From Terriglobia bacterium (lineage in GTDB: Bacteria > Acidobacteriota > UBA6911), in assembly GCA_963739235.1 (NCBI GenBank), contig CAVTZY010000023.1, forward strand, positions 133,746 to 197,745: DNA of 64,000 nt, read 5' to 3'. Each line of letters begins with the position of its first letter. Within the stretch, counting starts at the first letter, position 1. Made by a program: the position numbers and the translations under genes. The notes under the pieces are model-generated. The model was not told where the DNA came from, made no database searches, and saw only the letters and a program-made list of their open reading frames with translations. This document shows positions 45,814 through 54,575 of this stretch, one piece after another.

Positions 45814-46060
45814 ATGACGTCAAACATTCCCCAAGCCGTAAACGAACTGATTACTGAATATCGCCGATTCTTGCGCACCTCCTATCGCTTCTTGGATGAG
45901 CGCCTCCGCCGCCAGTTCGAAGACCACTTGGACCGGACAGACGTCATCGTCCGCGGACCCTACGTCACTCTCGCCCAGGAGTACGAGAAAGCCCGGACCC
46001 TCTTGGAACTCGTCCAAGCAGGCGTTCTGACGCCTGAACTCTCGAAGGCGAAATGGCCAT
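45814..46060 (+). pseudogene. N-terminal remnant (~82 aa) of a large DEAD/DEAH-type helicase
   Basis: ELITEYRRFLRTSYRFLDERLRRQFEDHLDRTDVIVRGPYVTLAQEYEKARTLLELVQAGVL resembles N-termini of Lhr/defence-type helicases. The reading frame enters IS91-derived DNA at about 46060. Confidence 0.45.
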
Positions 46061-46064
46061 TTTG

Positions 46065-46222
46065 GCCAAGCAGCTTGCGGTTGCGCTCGACGAGGCCGCG
46101 CGGGGCGCGCGGGATCGAAAACGTCCAGAGGCGGTGGGGCACGGGCGCGAGAATTTCCAGGGTGAGTTTTTCGACGAAAAGCAAGGCGCGCCTGGTTTGG
46201 CAACTGGGGAGGAAATTCCTAG
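46065..46222 (-). pseudogene. diverged IS91-family transposase fragment (internal ~50 codons)
   Basis: LFVEKLTLEILAPVPHRLWTFSIPRAPRGLVERNRKLLG parallels VLFAEKLTSEILAPVPHRH-LTFSIPRVLRGLIERERKLLG of copy 2, at about 75% nucleotide identity by eye. Confidence 0.65.
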
Positions 46223-46234
46223 TTAGGACCCCGG

Positions 46235-47587
46235 TCAGCTTTCGTTACCCTTGGAAAGTCCGAGCGCGCGGATGCGCTTGTGCAGGCGGGTACGTTCGAT
46301 GCCCAGCGCACGGGCGGCTGCGGATACATTCCCGCCTGCGTCCTCCAGCGCTTGGCGAATGAGCTCGCGTTCGGCCTGGGCCCGTGTCTCCTCGAGGCTC
46401 GATGGCAAGCTATCATCCTGCGGAAGGCGGATCTCCAATGGAATGGTCTCTGCTGTGATCGTATCCGACACCGATAAAATGGCAATGCGTTCGATGATGT
46501 TGCGCAATTCACGGACATTGCCGGGCCAGCGGTAGCCGCGCAGCGCGGCAAACGCATCGTCTTCGATGACCTTGGGTTTGAAATTATTGCGCCGGCAGAA
46601 TTCCTCCAGAAAATATTCCGCCAGCGGTCGAATATCCTCAGGGCGCTCGCGCAGCGGCGGCACCCGGATGGGCACCACGCTGAGGCGGTAATACAGATCT
46701 TCTCTGAACTTCTTTTGCGACACCAAGGCTGCCAAATCGCGGTTGGTGGCGGAAATGATGCGGACCGATACATGCAGCGTTTCCTCGCCTCCGACATGCT
46801 GAAACTCACCTTCCTGCAGGACGCGCAGCAGTTTAGCCTGGGAAGCCTCGTGCAGGTCGCTGACTTCGTCCAGGAATATCGTGCCTCCATCAGCAAGTTC
46901 GAACTTGCCGCGCCGGCAAGATGTCGCTCCGGTAAAGGCCCCTTTTTCATGGCCGAACAGCTCGCTTTCCAATAACTCCACCGGAATGGCGGCGCAATTA
47001 ACCTTGATGAACGGACCGGCAGCGAAGGGGCTCTGGCGGTGCAGATGCGCGGCGATGAGTTCCTTGCCCGTACCCGACTCACCTGATAACAGCACCCGCG
47101 CGTCGGAGCGACCCACCTGTGCGGCTTGTTCCACCACACGCAGAAAAATGGGACTGGCCCCGATCATGCGGGGCGTCTCTCCCACCAGCTCGCGCAGCCG
47201 GGCGTTCTCCTGTTGCAGCGCTGCTTGTTCCAGGGCATTTTTCAGCACCAGCAGCAGGCGATCCCGGCTCAGCGGTTTTTCCAGGAAATCGAAGGCACCC
47301 GCCCGCGTGGCCGCGACGGCATCAGCGATGGTGCCGTGACCGGAGATCATGATGACCGGTGCCTGGTTGTCCATCTTTCGCAGGGTATGCAAAAGGTCGA
47401 TCCCGTTGCCGTCCGGCAGGCGGACATCCAGAAGATAGGCATCAGCGCGGCCGCGCAGCAGCTGCCTCTGGAATTCCTCGACTGACCGGCAGATGACCAC
47501 ACCATAGCCGGCCCCCTCGAGCACCAGCCTTAAAGAGTTGCCGACATTGACCTCGTCGTCGACGATCAGAATTCTTTTCGCAGCCAT
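46235..47587 (-). CDS. sigma54-dependent response regulator (NtrC/AtoC family: REC, AAA+ and Fis-HTH domains)
   Basis: ORF 46235..47641. Preferred start is ATG 47587 (MAAKRILIVDDE). Motifs GESGTGKE, ESELFGHEKGAFTGA and C-terminal NVSAAARALGIERTRLHKRI. Confidence 0.9.
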   Translation of the reverse strand: MAAKRILIVDDEVNVGNSLRLVLEGAGYGVVICRSVEEFQRQLLRGRADAYLLDVRLPDGNGIDLLHTLRKMDNQAPVIMISGHGTIADAVAATRAGAFDFLEKPLSRDRLLLVLKNALEQAALQQENARLRELVGETPRMIGASPIFLRVVEQAAQVGRSDARVLLSGESGTGKELIAAHLHRQSPFAAGPFIKVNCAAIPVELLESELFGHEKGAFTGATSCRRGKFELADGGTIFLDEVSDLHEASQAKLLRVLQEGEFQHVGGEETLHVSVRIISATNRDLAALVSQKKFREDLYYRLSVVPIRVPPLRERPEDIRPLAEYFLEEFCRRNNFKPKVIEDDAFAALRGYRWPGNVRELRNIIERIAILSVSDTITAETIPLEIRLPQDDSLPSSLEETRAQAERELIRQALEDAGGNVSAAARALGIERTRLHKRIRALGLSKGNES

Positions 47588-47856
47588 GTTTTCGTTCTCT
47601 TCATTTTTCGTGACCCCGAACACTCGCGCCCGTATCGCCACACCATCTGCGCCAATACTTGCATCGTGCTAAGATTTTTCAGATTCCTTCCCTCGCCCTT
47701 CCAGGGCTCTGGATGGCGCGCTCACGACCCCGGGCGGCGCTTCGCTTGCCCGGGGCTACTATCCTGCGCGCCTCCGGCGCGCCTCTTATCCGCCTTCATT
47801 CGTTGCCGATTTATGCGCCATTCCTGCATTCCTCGATAATAGGAACACATGATATT

Positions 47857-49246
47857 TCACGATGGCGGAGCGGGCAGCAACAGGCGGAAAGCGGCGCCGC
47901 CCAATCGGCCTTCGATGGAAAACAAATCGCCTCCCGCGAGCAGGGCATTCTTGCGCGAGATCGATAGGCCTAATCCCATGCCATGCTTTTTGAAAGAAAT
48001 GGCAGGCTCGAAGAGCGTGCTGCGCGCTTCGGCACTCAGCCCCGGACCCGAGTCGTGCACTTCCACCATAACTTTCCCCTCGGCGGCTTCGCTGACAGCC
48101 AGCACCTTTCCCCCCGCTCCCGCAGCTTCGGCTGCATTCTCCAACAGATTCGTGACGATTCCTTTGACCTGGTCCGGATCCGCCCACGCGGGAGTGAGAC
48201 CGGGTTTTGCCTGAATCGCGTAAACGACCTCCGGATGCGCTACCGACAGGAATTGAACGCGCTCCTCCAGGAGGGCATTCATATCGAGGGCCATTGGATT
48301 TGCCGGAGGCTCGGTGGCGAACTCCGAGAAAGCGCGCACACGCCGCTCCAGGCTTTCCACTTCCTCCACCACGACCTGGGCTGCCTGTTCCAGGAATCGC
48401 CGATCGGCTGCCGGCTGCCTTGCCAGGATTTCCTCCACGGTAAGCCGGATGGGAGTGAGGGAGTTTTTCAGCTCATGTGCCATCTTGCGCGCCAGCATCT
48501 GCCAACTGGCAACCTGGGTCAGATAGATGAGACGGTCGCGGCTCTGCTGGAGGTGATCCGCGGTGTGATTGAACGCCCGGATTGCGCGGCCAATCTCATC
48601 TTCCTGCCCCGCGTGAAGACGGATTTCAAATTTGCCCCGAAGCAAGTTGAAAGAGACCGGCGGTCAGATCCTGGATTGGACTGCTGATGCGGTTGGCAAA
48701 ATAGATGACACTTACCAACGACAAGATCCAAATGATGGTGCTCAACAGCAGCAACGGGTAGGTCAATCCCCGGTGCAGATCACGCCGGCCGAGGCTCGCC
48801 ACCTTGTCGCGCGCCTGGCTGTACTGCCTGGCCACCTCCTGCATGCGAACGCCGTTCAAGCTTTTCGAATACAGCCATACATCCTCCCCATGGCGCACGA
48901 GGTAATTCAAACGGTCGCCCTCCGGATCCGAAAGCGTAAATCGTTCAGGATCCGGGCTCTCCCAGAAATGCCTCAATGTCTCCGGCCAGTTCGCTCGCGT
49001 GCCGGCGGTAAATCGCTCCGGTTCCAGCCGGCCCGCCTCCGCTTCCGCCTTGAGACCTTCACGAGCCTGCCGATAATACTCCCGCGCGATGTTTTCCAGA
49101 GATTTGGAAGCACGATCCAGATCATCCGTCGTCATGAAGCCGAGGCTCTGCTCCAACAACGCCGTGCCGATCCAGAGAATGGCTGCCAACGGCACCAGAG
49201 TTGCCGCTAGAAATATCAGGATGAGTTTGTGCCGAAGACGATTCAC
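47857..49246 (-). pseudogene. sensor histidine kinase (HAMP, HisKA and HATPase domains) with a frame break near 48630
   Basis: ORF 48626..49312 (TM helices, ...ANRISSPIQDLTAGLFQLASG) continues in ORF 47857..48645 (FEIRLHAGQEDEIGRAIRAFN...MAHELKNSLTPI...NLLENAAEA...HDSGPGL...GMGLGLSIS). The break is at a G-run. Confidence 0.8.
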
Positions 49247-49274
49247 GCTATATCCTGCAACGATCGGATCTGTC

Positions 49275-49892
49275 TCATGTGCCTGGAGCGCGAAGTGTGT
49301 GCCGGCCGCCACTTGCGTTCTGCTTCATGTCCACTAGCCGCAAGGGGCCGGAGAACGCCTCCCAGCGGAGCGGCTCCTCCCGTTTTTTGCGGCTGAAAAC
49401 GTCGATTAAGCCTGCCAGCGTCAAACCGGAACTGCTCTCGCCGCTTGCGCTCTCGCTGTCCACATAGGAGCACTCCAGCTTAACCGTGAAGGATTTTTCC
49501 GGGCTGAGCACCGGCAAAGGCAACTGCAAGCTGTCCAGGCACCAGGTTTCCGCGGCCGCAGCGGTTAAATGGGACGCCGAGCGCCCCGGAGATCCCGCCT
49601 GGACTACGGAAAATTTTTCTTCCCACAGATCATAACTCAAAATGAAACTCTGCTGCTGCCTGATGGTGGCTGAGCTTCCTGCTGTGAGGGTCAACGCCAA
49701 GGTGTAGGTCACAGAAGCCCCGTTGTTCAGCCGTTCGAGCGGCCTCCCTTCGATAAAGTGGAGCTGAGGGGCCGCTACGTGCAGCTGATTGCCCCGGCGT
49801 TCCACGGTGAGGGAAGGGGATTGAGCCAGCATCTGGAGACAAGCGAACCCCGCGAAACACGTCAGTAGGATGCAGTATCGGTAGGATCTCAT
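49275..49892 (-). CDS. secreted hypothetical protein
   Basis: Signal-peptide-like MRSYRYCILLTCFAGFACLQMLAQ. Lies between the Omp85-like gene and the kinase. Confidence 0.55.
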   Translation of the reverse strand: MRSYRYCILLTCFAGFACLQMLAQSPSLTVERRGNQLHVAAPQLHFIEGRPLERLNNGASVTYTLALTLTAGSSATIRQQQSFILSYDLWEEKFSVVQAGSPGRSASHLTAAAAETWCLDSLQLPLPVLSPEKSFTVKLECSYVDSESASGESSSGLTLAGLIDVFSRKKREEPLRWEAFSGPLRLVDMKQNASGGRHTLRAPGT

Positions 49893-49900
49893 GTCGCCCC

Positions 49901-51154
49901 CTAATACCTGAATCCCAGCATGAACACCGGGGTCACGTCATGAAGTCTTACCGGGAAGGCCAGGGATGTGAAAAAACCATCTTTGGAAGCCCAGCCAAAT
50001 CCCAGTCCGTGTCTCACGCGGGCGCTTTGTCCTTGATCCCAAACCGCACCTACGTCATAGAAGATCTCAAAGGGACGGTAACGATATTCCAACGATCCAT
50101 GTGCGACGCGCGATCCTCCAAGCGGCGCCACATCAAACTTGTTCCATCCCCGCAGCGTGAAGCTGTTTCCCAAGGAGAAACGCTCGAACAGCGGCGCGGA
50201 TCCCGTGATCAGACCTCCCTGAAAATGAGCGCCGAAGGAGTTCTTACGCCTGGAAATTCGATAATCGGCAGTCAGGTAGTGACGGGTGTAAACAAAATCG
50301 CTGTCAAGCACCCGCGTGGCCGTCCGCAAATCGTAGCCGGCGCTGAAATCCTGCCGGAAACCGCTGGGGCTCTGGATCCGGTGACGGTACTGAATGTCGG
50401 CGGTTCCCGCATAAGCCGTCTTCGTCCGGGTCACCGGATACTGCAGTTGAATTTGCTGAAAGCTCGTGCCGACACTCAGCTTCAGGTCCCGATGAGGAAT
50501 CAGCGACAGCGAAGGTGAGAAATCCTGCCGCCAGCGGTAAATGCCGGGCACATCGGGTGCCTGCGCCAAAGCCGCCTGGGTGGCATTGTTGAAGGTCTGG
50601 TGGTAGCCATCGAAATCGAGCCGCAGTTGTACTACATCCGTGCCCAGCTTCCTGTTCTCATACCGCAGCCGGAACCCGGCATTGCGCTCCAGAAGCTCGT
50701 CGGAACTGTCAACGAGCCCGAAAGTGAAAACGCTGTGCTGGACGGTGATGGGAACTTCGATGGCGCCGCTGAATCCCTCTTTGGAATGGTACACGACTGG
50801 CGGCACGGGAAATTCGAACCGTTTATAGCGGATCTGCTCGGTTTCGAAGATCACTTTGACATGGTCAGGTTTTTCTCCGCGCTTCACTTTGACCGTGACC
50901 GAATAGTCCCGCAATTCCTTACGCAGCTTCTTGGCCAGCTCGTCGGCAGCCTGCTCGTTGTACTTCTCTCCCACCAGCTTCTGCATCTCGTCGCGCAAGG
51001 TCTTGTTGACCTTGGATTCAGAAATCCCTGACAGCGAGACGCTTTCCACGTCGAATCGCGAGTTGACGTTGGCGTCCGGCTTCTGACCGGCGGCCTGGAT
51101 CCAGGTGGGCCAAAACAACATCAAGAGTAAGGGTAGTAAGGTTTTGTTTTTCAT
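49901..51154 (-). CDS. Omp85/BamA-TamA-family outer-membrane beta-barrel protein
   Basis: ORF 49901..51199. Preferred start is ATG 51154 (MKNKTLLPLLLMLFWPTWIQAAG). POTRA-like N-terminus and a beta-barrel ending ...PVFMLGFRY. Confidence 0.75.
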   Translation of the reverse strand: MKNKTLLPLLLMLFWPTWIQAAGQKPDANVNSRFDVESVSLSGISESKVNKTLRDEMQKLVGEKYNEQAADELAKKLRKELRDYSVTVKVKRGEKPDHVKVIFETEQIRYKRFEFPVPPVVYHSKEGFSGAIEVPITVQHSVFTFGLVDSSDELLERNAGFRLRYENRKLGTDVVQLRLDFDGYHQTFNNATQAALAQAPDVPGIYRWRQDFSPSLSLIPHRDLKLSVGTSFQQIQLQYPVTRTKTAYAGTADIQYRHRIQSPSGFRQDFSAGYDLRTATRVLDSDFVYTRHYLTADYRISRRKNSFGAHFQGGLITGSAPLFERFSLGNSFTLRGWNKFDVAPLGGSRVAHGSLEYRYRPFEIFYDVGAVWDQGQSARVRHGLGFGWASKDGFFTSLAFPVRLHDVTPVFMLGFRY

Positions 51155-51317
51155 GCCCGCCTGGATTGCAAGAAGAGCACCAGATCGCAAGTTATTCATT
51201 TAAAGTGAGATAAACATTGGCGCGCCGTGACCGGGCATCACAGGTGTGCCACCGTTGCCACAGCCGCCTCTGACATACTTTACATGCTTCTGCGATTCAG
51301 ACAGTGGAAAAAACTTT

Positions 51318-51601
51318 GCCACGAATGGCACGAAAGGAGAGAGGGGCCAACATGGGAGTGCCATTTTGCCTCTTCCACACGGGCAGCCTCCGGCCAACAG
51401 TCTGGCACCGATCTCCCGGGAAAGCGCCTCCAAACTGCCCATTTATGTCCGGCCCCGGAAGCGCTTTCCCGGGAGATTGGCGACAGACGGTTGCAGCACG
51501 AAGCTCTGCGCCCGTGTGGAGGAGCCAAAATTGCGGGTTATCGGCCCGCTCTGCGATAAGGTCTCTCGGTTGCGGCAATGGCTATTCGTGCCATTCGTGG
51601 C
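51318..51601. repeat. about 285-bp imperfect palindrome (nested inverted repeats) in a divergent intergenic region
   Basis: Outer 17-bp perfect arms at 51318..51334 / 51585..51601 (GCCACGAATGGCACGAA). Inner 17-bp perfect arms at 51411..51427 / 51461..51477 (ATCTCCCGGGAAAGCGC). Intermediate arms pair partially. Confidence 0.7.
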
Positions 51602-51733
51602 TGCTTTGTGCTTGTATTGTCTGAATCACAGATCACAGGACCGCCTGCCATTTGTAACGCGGGTCTGCCGCCAGAAGAACCTGGAAATGAATCGGAAAGG
51701 CCATGAATCCAATTGACTCTGCAGGCAGATTCT

Positions 51734-51747
51734 GATAGTTAACTATC
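51734..51747. promoter_or_regulatory. perfect 14-bp palindrome GATAGTTAACTATC 12 nt upstream of the TetR gene; candidate operator
   Basis: Read directly from the sequence. A half-site-like TTAGTTAA follows at 51751..51758. Confidence 0.45.
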
Positions 51748-51758
51748 CGGTTAGTTAA

Positions 51759-52427
51759 ATGCGAAAACAGACGCCAGCGAAATCTCTGCAGCGTGGATCC
51801 CGGCAACGCAACAGTGCCGAGACCCGGGCCGCGATTCTGGAAGCGGCGGGCGGAATCTTTGCGGAAGTCGGGCTGGCGGGAGCGCGCATTGATGCCATCG
51901 CCGCCGCGGCGGGCATCAACAAAGCGATGCTATACTACTATTTCAAGAGCAAGGACGGCTTGTACCGCGCCGTACTGGAAAGAAATGTCGAGGAGTTTCA
52001 TCGCCTCGGGGATGAGGTGCTGTCCAGTGAGGGATCGGCCGGATCGATCGTGCTCCGGTATGTGAGCACTCATTTCAGCTTCATCGGCGCGCGCCCATAC
52101 TATGCACGACTGTTTCAGCGCCTGATCATGGCGGGGGACCGGAGCGTGGAGCGCATCGTCAAGCAGCACTTTGTACCGCTTTCCAGGAAGTTGATCGGGC
52201 TGATTGAGCGCGGAGTGCGATCCGGCGAATTCCGCGCGCTGGATGCGCGTCACACGGCGATTTCGTTGGTAGCGCTCACGGTGTTTTATTTCAATGCCGC
52301 GCCCATGGTCCGGAGGATCGGGAACATCGACGTGTTTGATCGCGTGGAACAGGCTCGCAGAAAAGAGGAAGTTCTCAAATTCATCCGCTTCGCACTCTTC
52401 AGGAATCCGGAGGCCGTGGAACCATGA
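51759..52427 (+). CDS. TetR/AcrR-family transcriptional regulator
   Basis: AILEAAGGIFAEVGLAGARIDAIAAAAGINKAMLYYYFKSKDGLY. Confidence 0.9.
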   Translation: MRKQTPAKSLQRGSRQRNSAETRAAILEAAGGIFAEVGLAGARIDAIAAAAGINKAMLYYYFKSKDGLYRAVLERNVEEFHRLGDEVLSSEGSAGSIVLRYVSTHFSFIGARPYYARLFQRLIMAGDRSVERIVKQHFVPLSRKLIGLIERGVRSGEFRALDARHTAISLVALTVFYFNAAPMVRRIGNIDVFDRVEQARRKEEVLKFIRFALFRNPEAVEP

Positions 52428-53497
52428 TCCGCCGTTTGCTTTATCTGATCCTGATTCTGGCCCTGGCGGCCGGAGGCATTTATTTCTACAGAACCATGAA
52501 CCGCCCCCAGGGATTGATGCTCACCGGGATTGTCACCACCCACGAGGTTTACCTCAGCCCGCAAATCCAGGGCCGGATCAGTCAGCTTTTGGTGAAAGAG
52601 GGGGACACCGTCACGGCAGGTCAGCTGGTCGCGGTGATTGATCCGCAGGAGTTGAAGGCCGACCGCCTTTTTTATGCCCGAACGGAACAAGGTGCGGCGG
52701 CCCAGGTCGAAGAGGACGAAGCTGCGCTGAAGTATCAGGAGACGCTTACGCGCGACCAGATCCGGCAAGCCGAAGCCGCACTGACCGCTGCCGAGGCACA
52801 AGCCAGAGAGGTCCTAGCGGAGGTGGAACTTGACCGCGTGAACCTCGAGCGCTCCGAAAGCCTTTTCAAAAAACAGGTCCTTTCAGCACAGGCGCTGGAT
52901 CAAGCCCGCACCTCCTACGAGACGAGCAAGGCGCGCGCGGATTCGTTGCGCAAACTGGTCGATGCCCAGAGTGCCACCGTGGCCGTCGCCCGTGCCAATG
53001 AGAATCAGATCACCGTCCGGTTGAAGGCAGTTCAGGCCAGTCGGACACAGGTGCTTGCTGCGGCCGCACAGAAATCCAAAGCCGATGTGCGCCTGAGTTA
53101 TACCGAAGTCCGGGCCCCCATCAACGGCATCGTAGCCGTTCTGGCCGCGCGCCAGGGGGAAGTCCTCAGCGTCAGCCAGACGATTGTAACCCTGATCGAT
53201 CCGGATGATCTGTGGGTGCGCGCGGATGTCGAGGAGACCTATATCGACCATATTCGTCTGGGCGATTCGCTGACCGTGCGGTTGCCGTCCGGGGTAGAGC
53301 AGGCCGGGACGGTTTTCTATCGCGCTGTGGTGGCGGAATTTGCCACCCAGCGGGATGTGAGCCGCAGCAAGCGGGATATCAAGACCTTCGAGATCCGCCT
53401 GCGATTGGACAACAAGGATCGACATCTGTGGCCGGGCCTGACGACCTACGTCATGTTGCCTGTGCAGGATGTGCAGGGGGCTCCGTCTTCCCATTAA
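52424..53497 (+). CDS. HlyD-family membrane-fusion / periplasmic adaptor protein
   Basis: N-terminal TM helix, lipoyl-like GDTVTAGQLVAVID, long coiled coil, YTEVRAPINGIV. 4-nt overlap with the TetR gene. Confidence 0.85.
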   Translation: MIRRLLYLILILALAAGGIYFYRTMNRPQGLMLTGIVTTHEVYLSPQIQGRISQLLVKEGDTVTAGQLVAVIDPQELKADRLFYARTEQGAAAQVEEDEAALKYQETLTRDQIRQAEAALTAAEAQAREVLAEVELDRVNLERSESLFKKQVLSAQALDQARTSYETSKARADSLRKLVDAQSATVAVARANENQITVRLKAVQASRTQVLAAAAQKSKADVRLSYTEVRAPINGIVAVLAARQGEVLSVSQTIVTLIDPDDLWVRADVEETYIDHIRLGDSLTVRLPSGVEQAGTVFYRAVVAEFATQRDVSRSKRDIKTFEIRLRLDNKDRHLWPGLTTYVMLPVQDVQGAPSSH

Positions 53498-53574
53498 CTT
53501 CTCCGAGGCGTAGAGACAAACAGGGTGTGGTTTCGATGCCGCGGCTGCGTTGATTTTTTTGAGAAAGGTCTGTC

Positions 53575-54567
53575 GTGCCGGCGATTGAGGCGACTGAAAT
53601 CAGGAAGTGCTTCGGGACTTTCTGTGCTGTGGACAACCTCACTTTCTCCGTGGACGAGGGGGAGGTTTTCGGCCTCCTCGGCCCCAATGGAGCAGGCAAG
53701 TCTACGCTCATTCGCATTCTCACCACGCTGCTGCCGCCGACATCCGGCGTTGCCCTGGTCAACGGCTTCGATGTGGTGAATGCGGCGAATAAGGTGCGGC
53801 GCACGATCGGCGTGATTCCGCAGGCGATGACTTCCGATCTGGACTTGACCGCGGCGGAGAACATGGAGATTTTCGCCAAGCTCTATGGTGTTTCCAGGGA
53901 GAGGCGGAAAAGGGTGACCCGGGAGCTTTTGAACGCCGTCGATCTTGAGCAATGGGCCGATAAACCTGTGCGGAATTTTTCCGGCGGGATGCGCCGCCGG
54001 CTCGAAATCGCCCGCGGTCTGGTACACGAGCCCAACATCTTTTTCCTGGACGAGCCGACGACCGGCCTGGATCCCGTGTCGCGCGTCTCGGTCTGGGAGA
54101 TGTTGATGAAACTGAAGCAGGAGCGCGAGCTGACGATTCTCCTGACCACCCATTATATGGATGAGGCCGACCGGCTGTGCAACCGCATCGCTATCATCGA
54201 CCACGGCAAGCTCGTCGCACTGGACTCGCCGCTCAAGCTGAAAGCTTCCATCCCGGGAAACAACATCCTGGAGGTCAGTTTTTCTTCGATTCCGGATGGA
54301 TGGACCGAAACGCTGAAGCGGCTAGCCGAGGTGCAGGACGTCAAGGCGGATGACCACGTATTCCGCATCAGTTCCAACAACGGCCCGAAGACCACCTCGG
54401 AGTTGATCGAGGCGGCGCGGCATGCGCAAGTGGATATCCTGTCGCTTTCGGTGCAGAGCACGACCCTCGACGATGTGTTCGTGCATTACACGGGGCGCCA
54501 GCTGCGCGACGCCTTGCAAGATGCGCTGAAACTCGACACCCGCTGGGTGTACCAACCACGCCAGTAA
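53575..54567 (+). CDS. ABC transporter ATP-binding protein (DrrA/ABC-2 type)
   Basis: Walker A GPNGAGKST, signature FSGGMRRRLEIA, Walker B IFFLDEPTTGLD. Confidence 0.9.
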   Translation: MPAIEATEIRKCFGTFCAVDNLTFSVDEGEVFGLLGPNGAGKSTLIRILTTLLPPTSGVALVNGFDVVNAANKVRRTIGVIPQAMTSDLDLTAAENMEIFAKLYGVSRERRKRVTRELLNAVDLEQWADKPVRNFSGGMRRRLEIARGLVHEPNIFFLDEPTTGLDPVSRVSVWEMLMKLKQERELTILLTTHYMDEADRLCNRIAIIDHGKLVALDSPLKLKASIPGNNILEVSFSSIPDGWTETLKRLAEVQDVKADDHVFRISSNNGPKTTSELIEAARHAQVDILSLSVQSTTLDDVFVHYTGRQLRDALQDALKLDTRWVYQPRQ

Positions 54568-54575
54568 GGAAGATC

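Noticed and set aside
46219-47139. 306-aa minus-strand ORF overlapping the sigma54 regulator
   Set aside because: It is an alternative frame of the same strand. The regulator frame carries all the AAA+ and HTH motifs.
51597-51615. TGGCTGCTTTGTGCTT as a sigma54 promoter for the TetR operon
   Set aside because: The GG-to-GC spacing is one nucleotide short of the canonical -24/-12 distance, and TetR operons are not expected to be sigma54-dependent.
53494-54204. 236-aa minus-strand ORF
   Set aside because: Antisense to the ABC ATPase gene, which has Walker A, Walker B and signature motifs.
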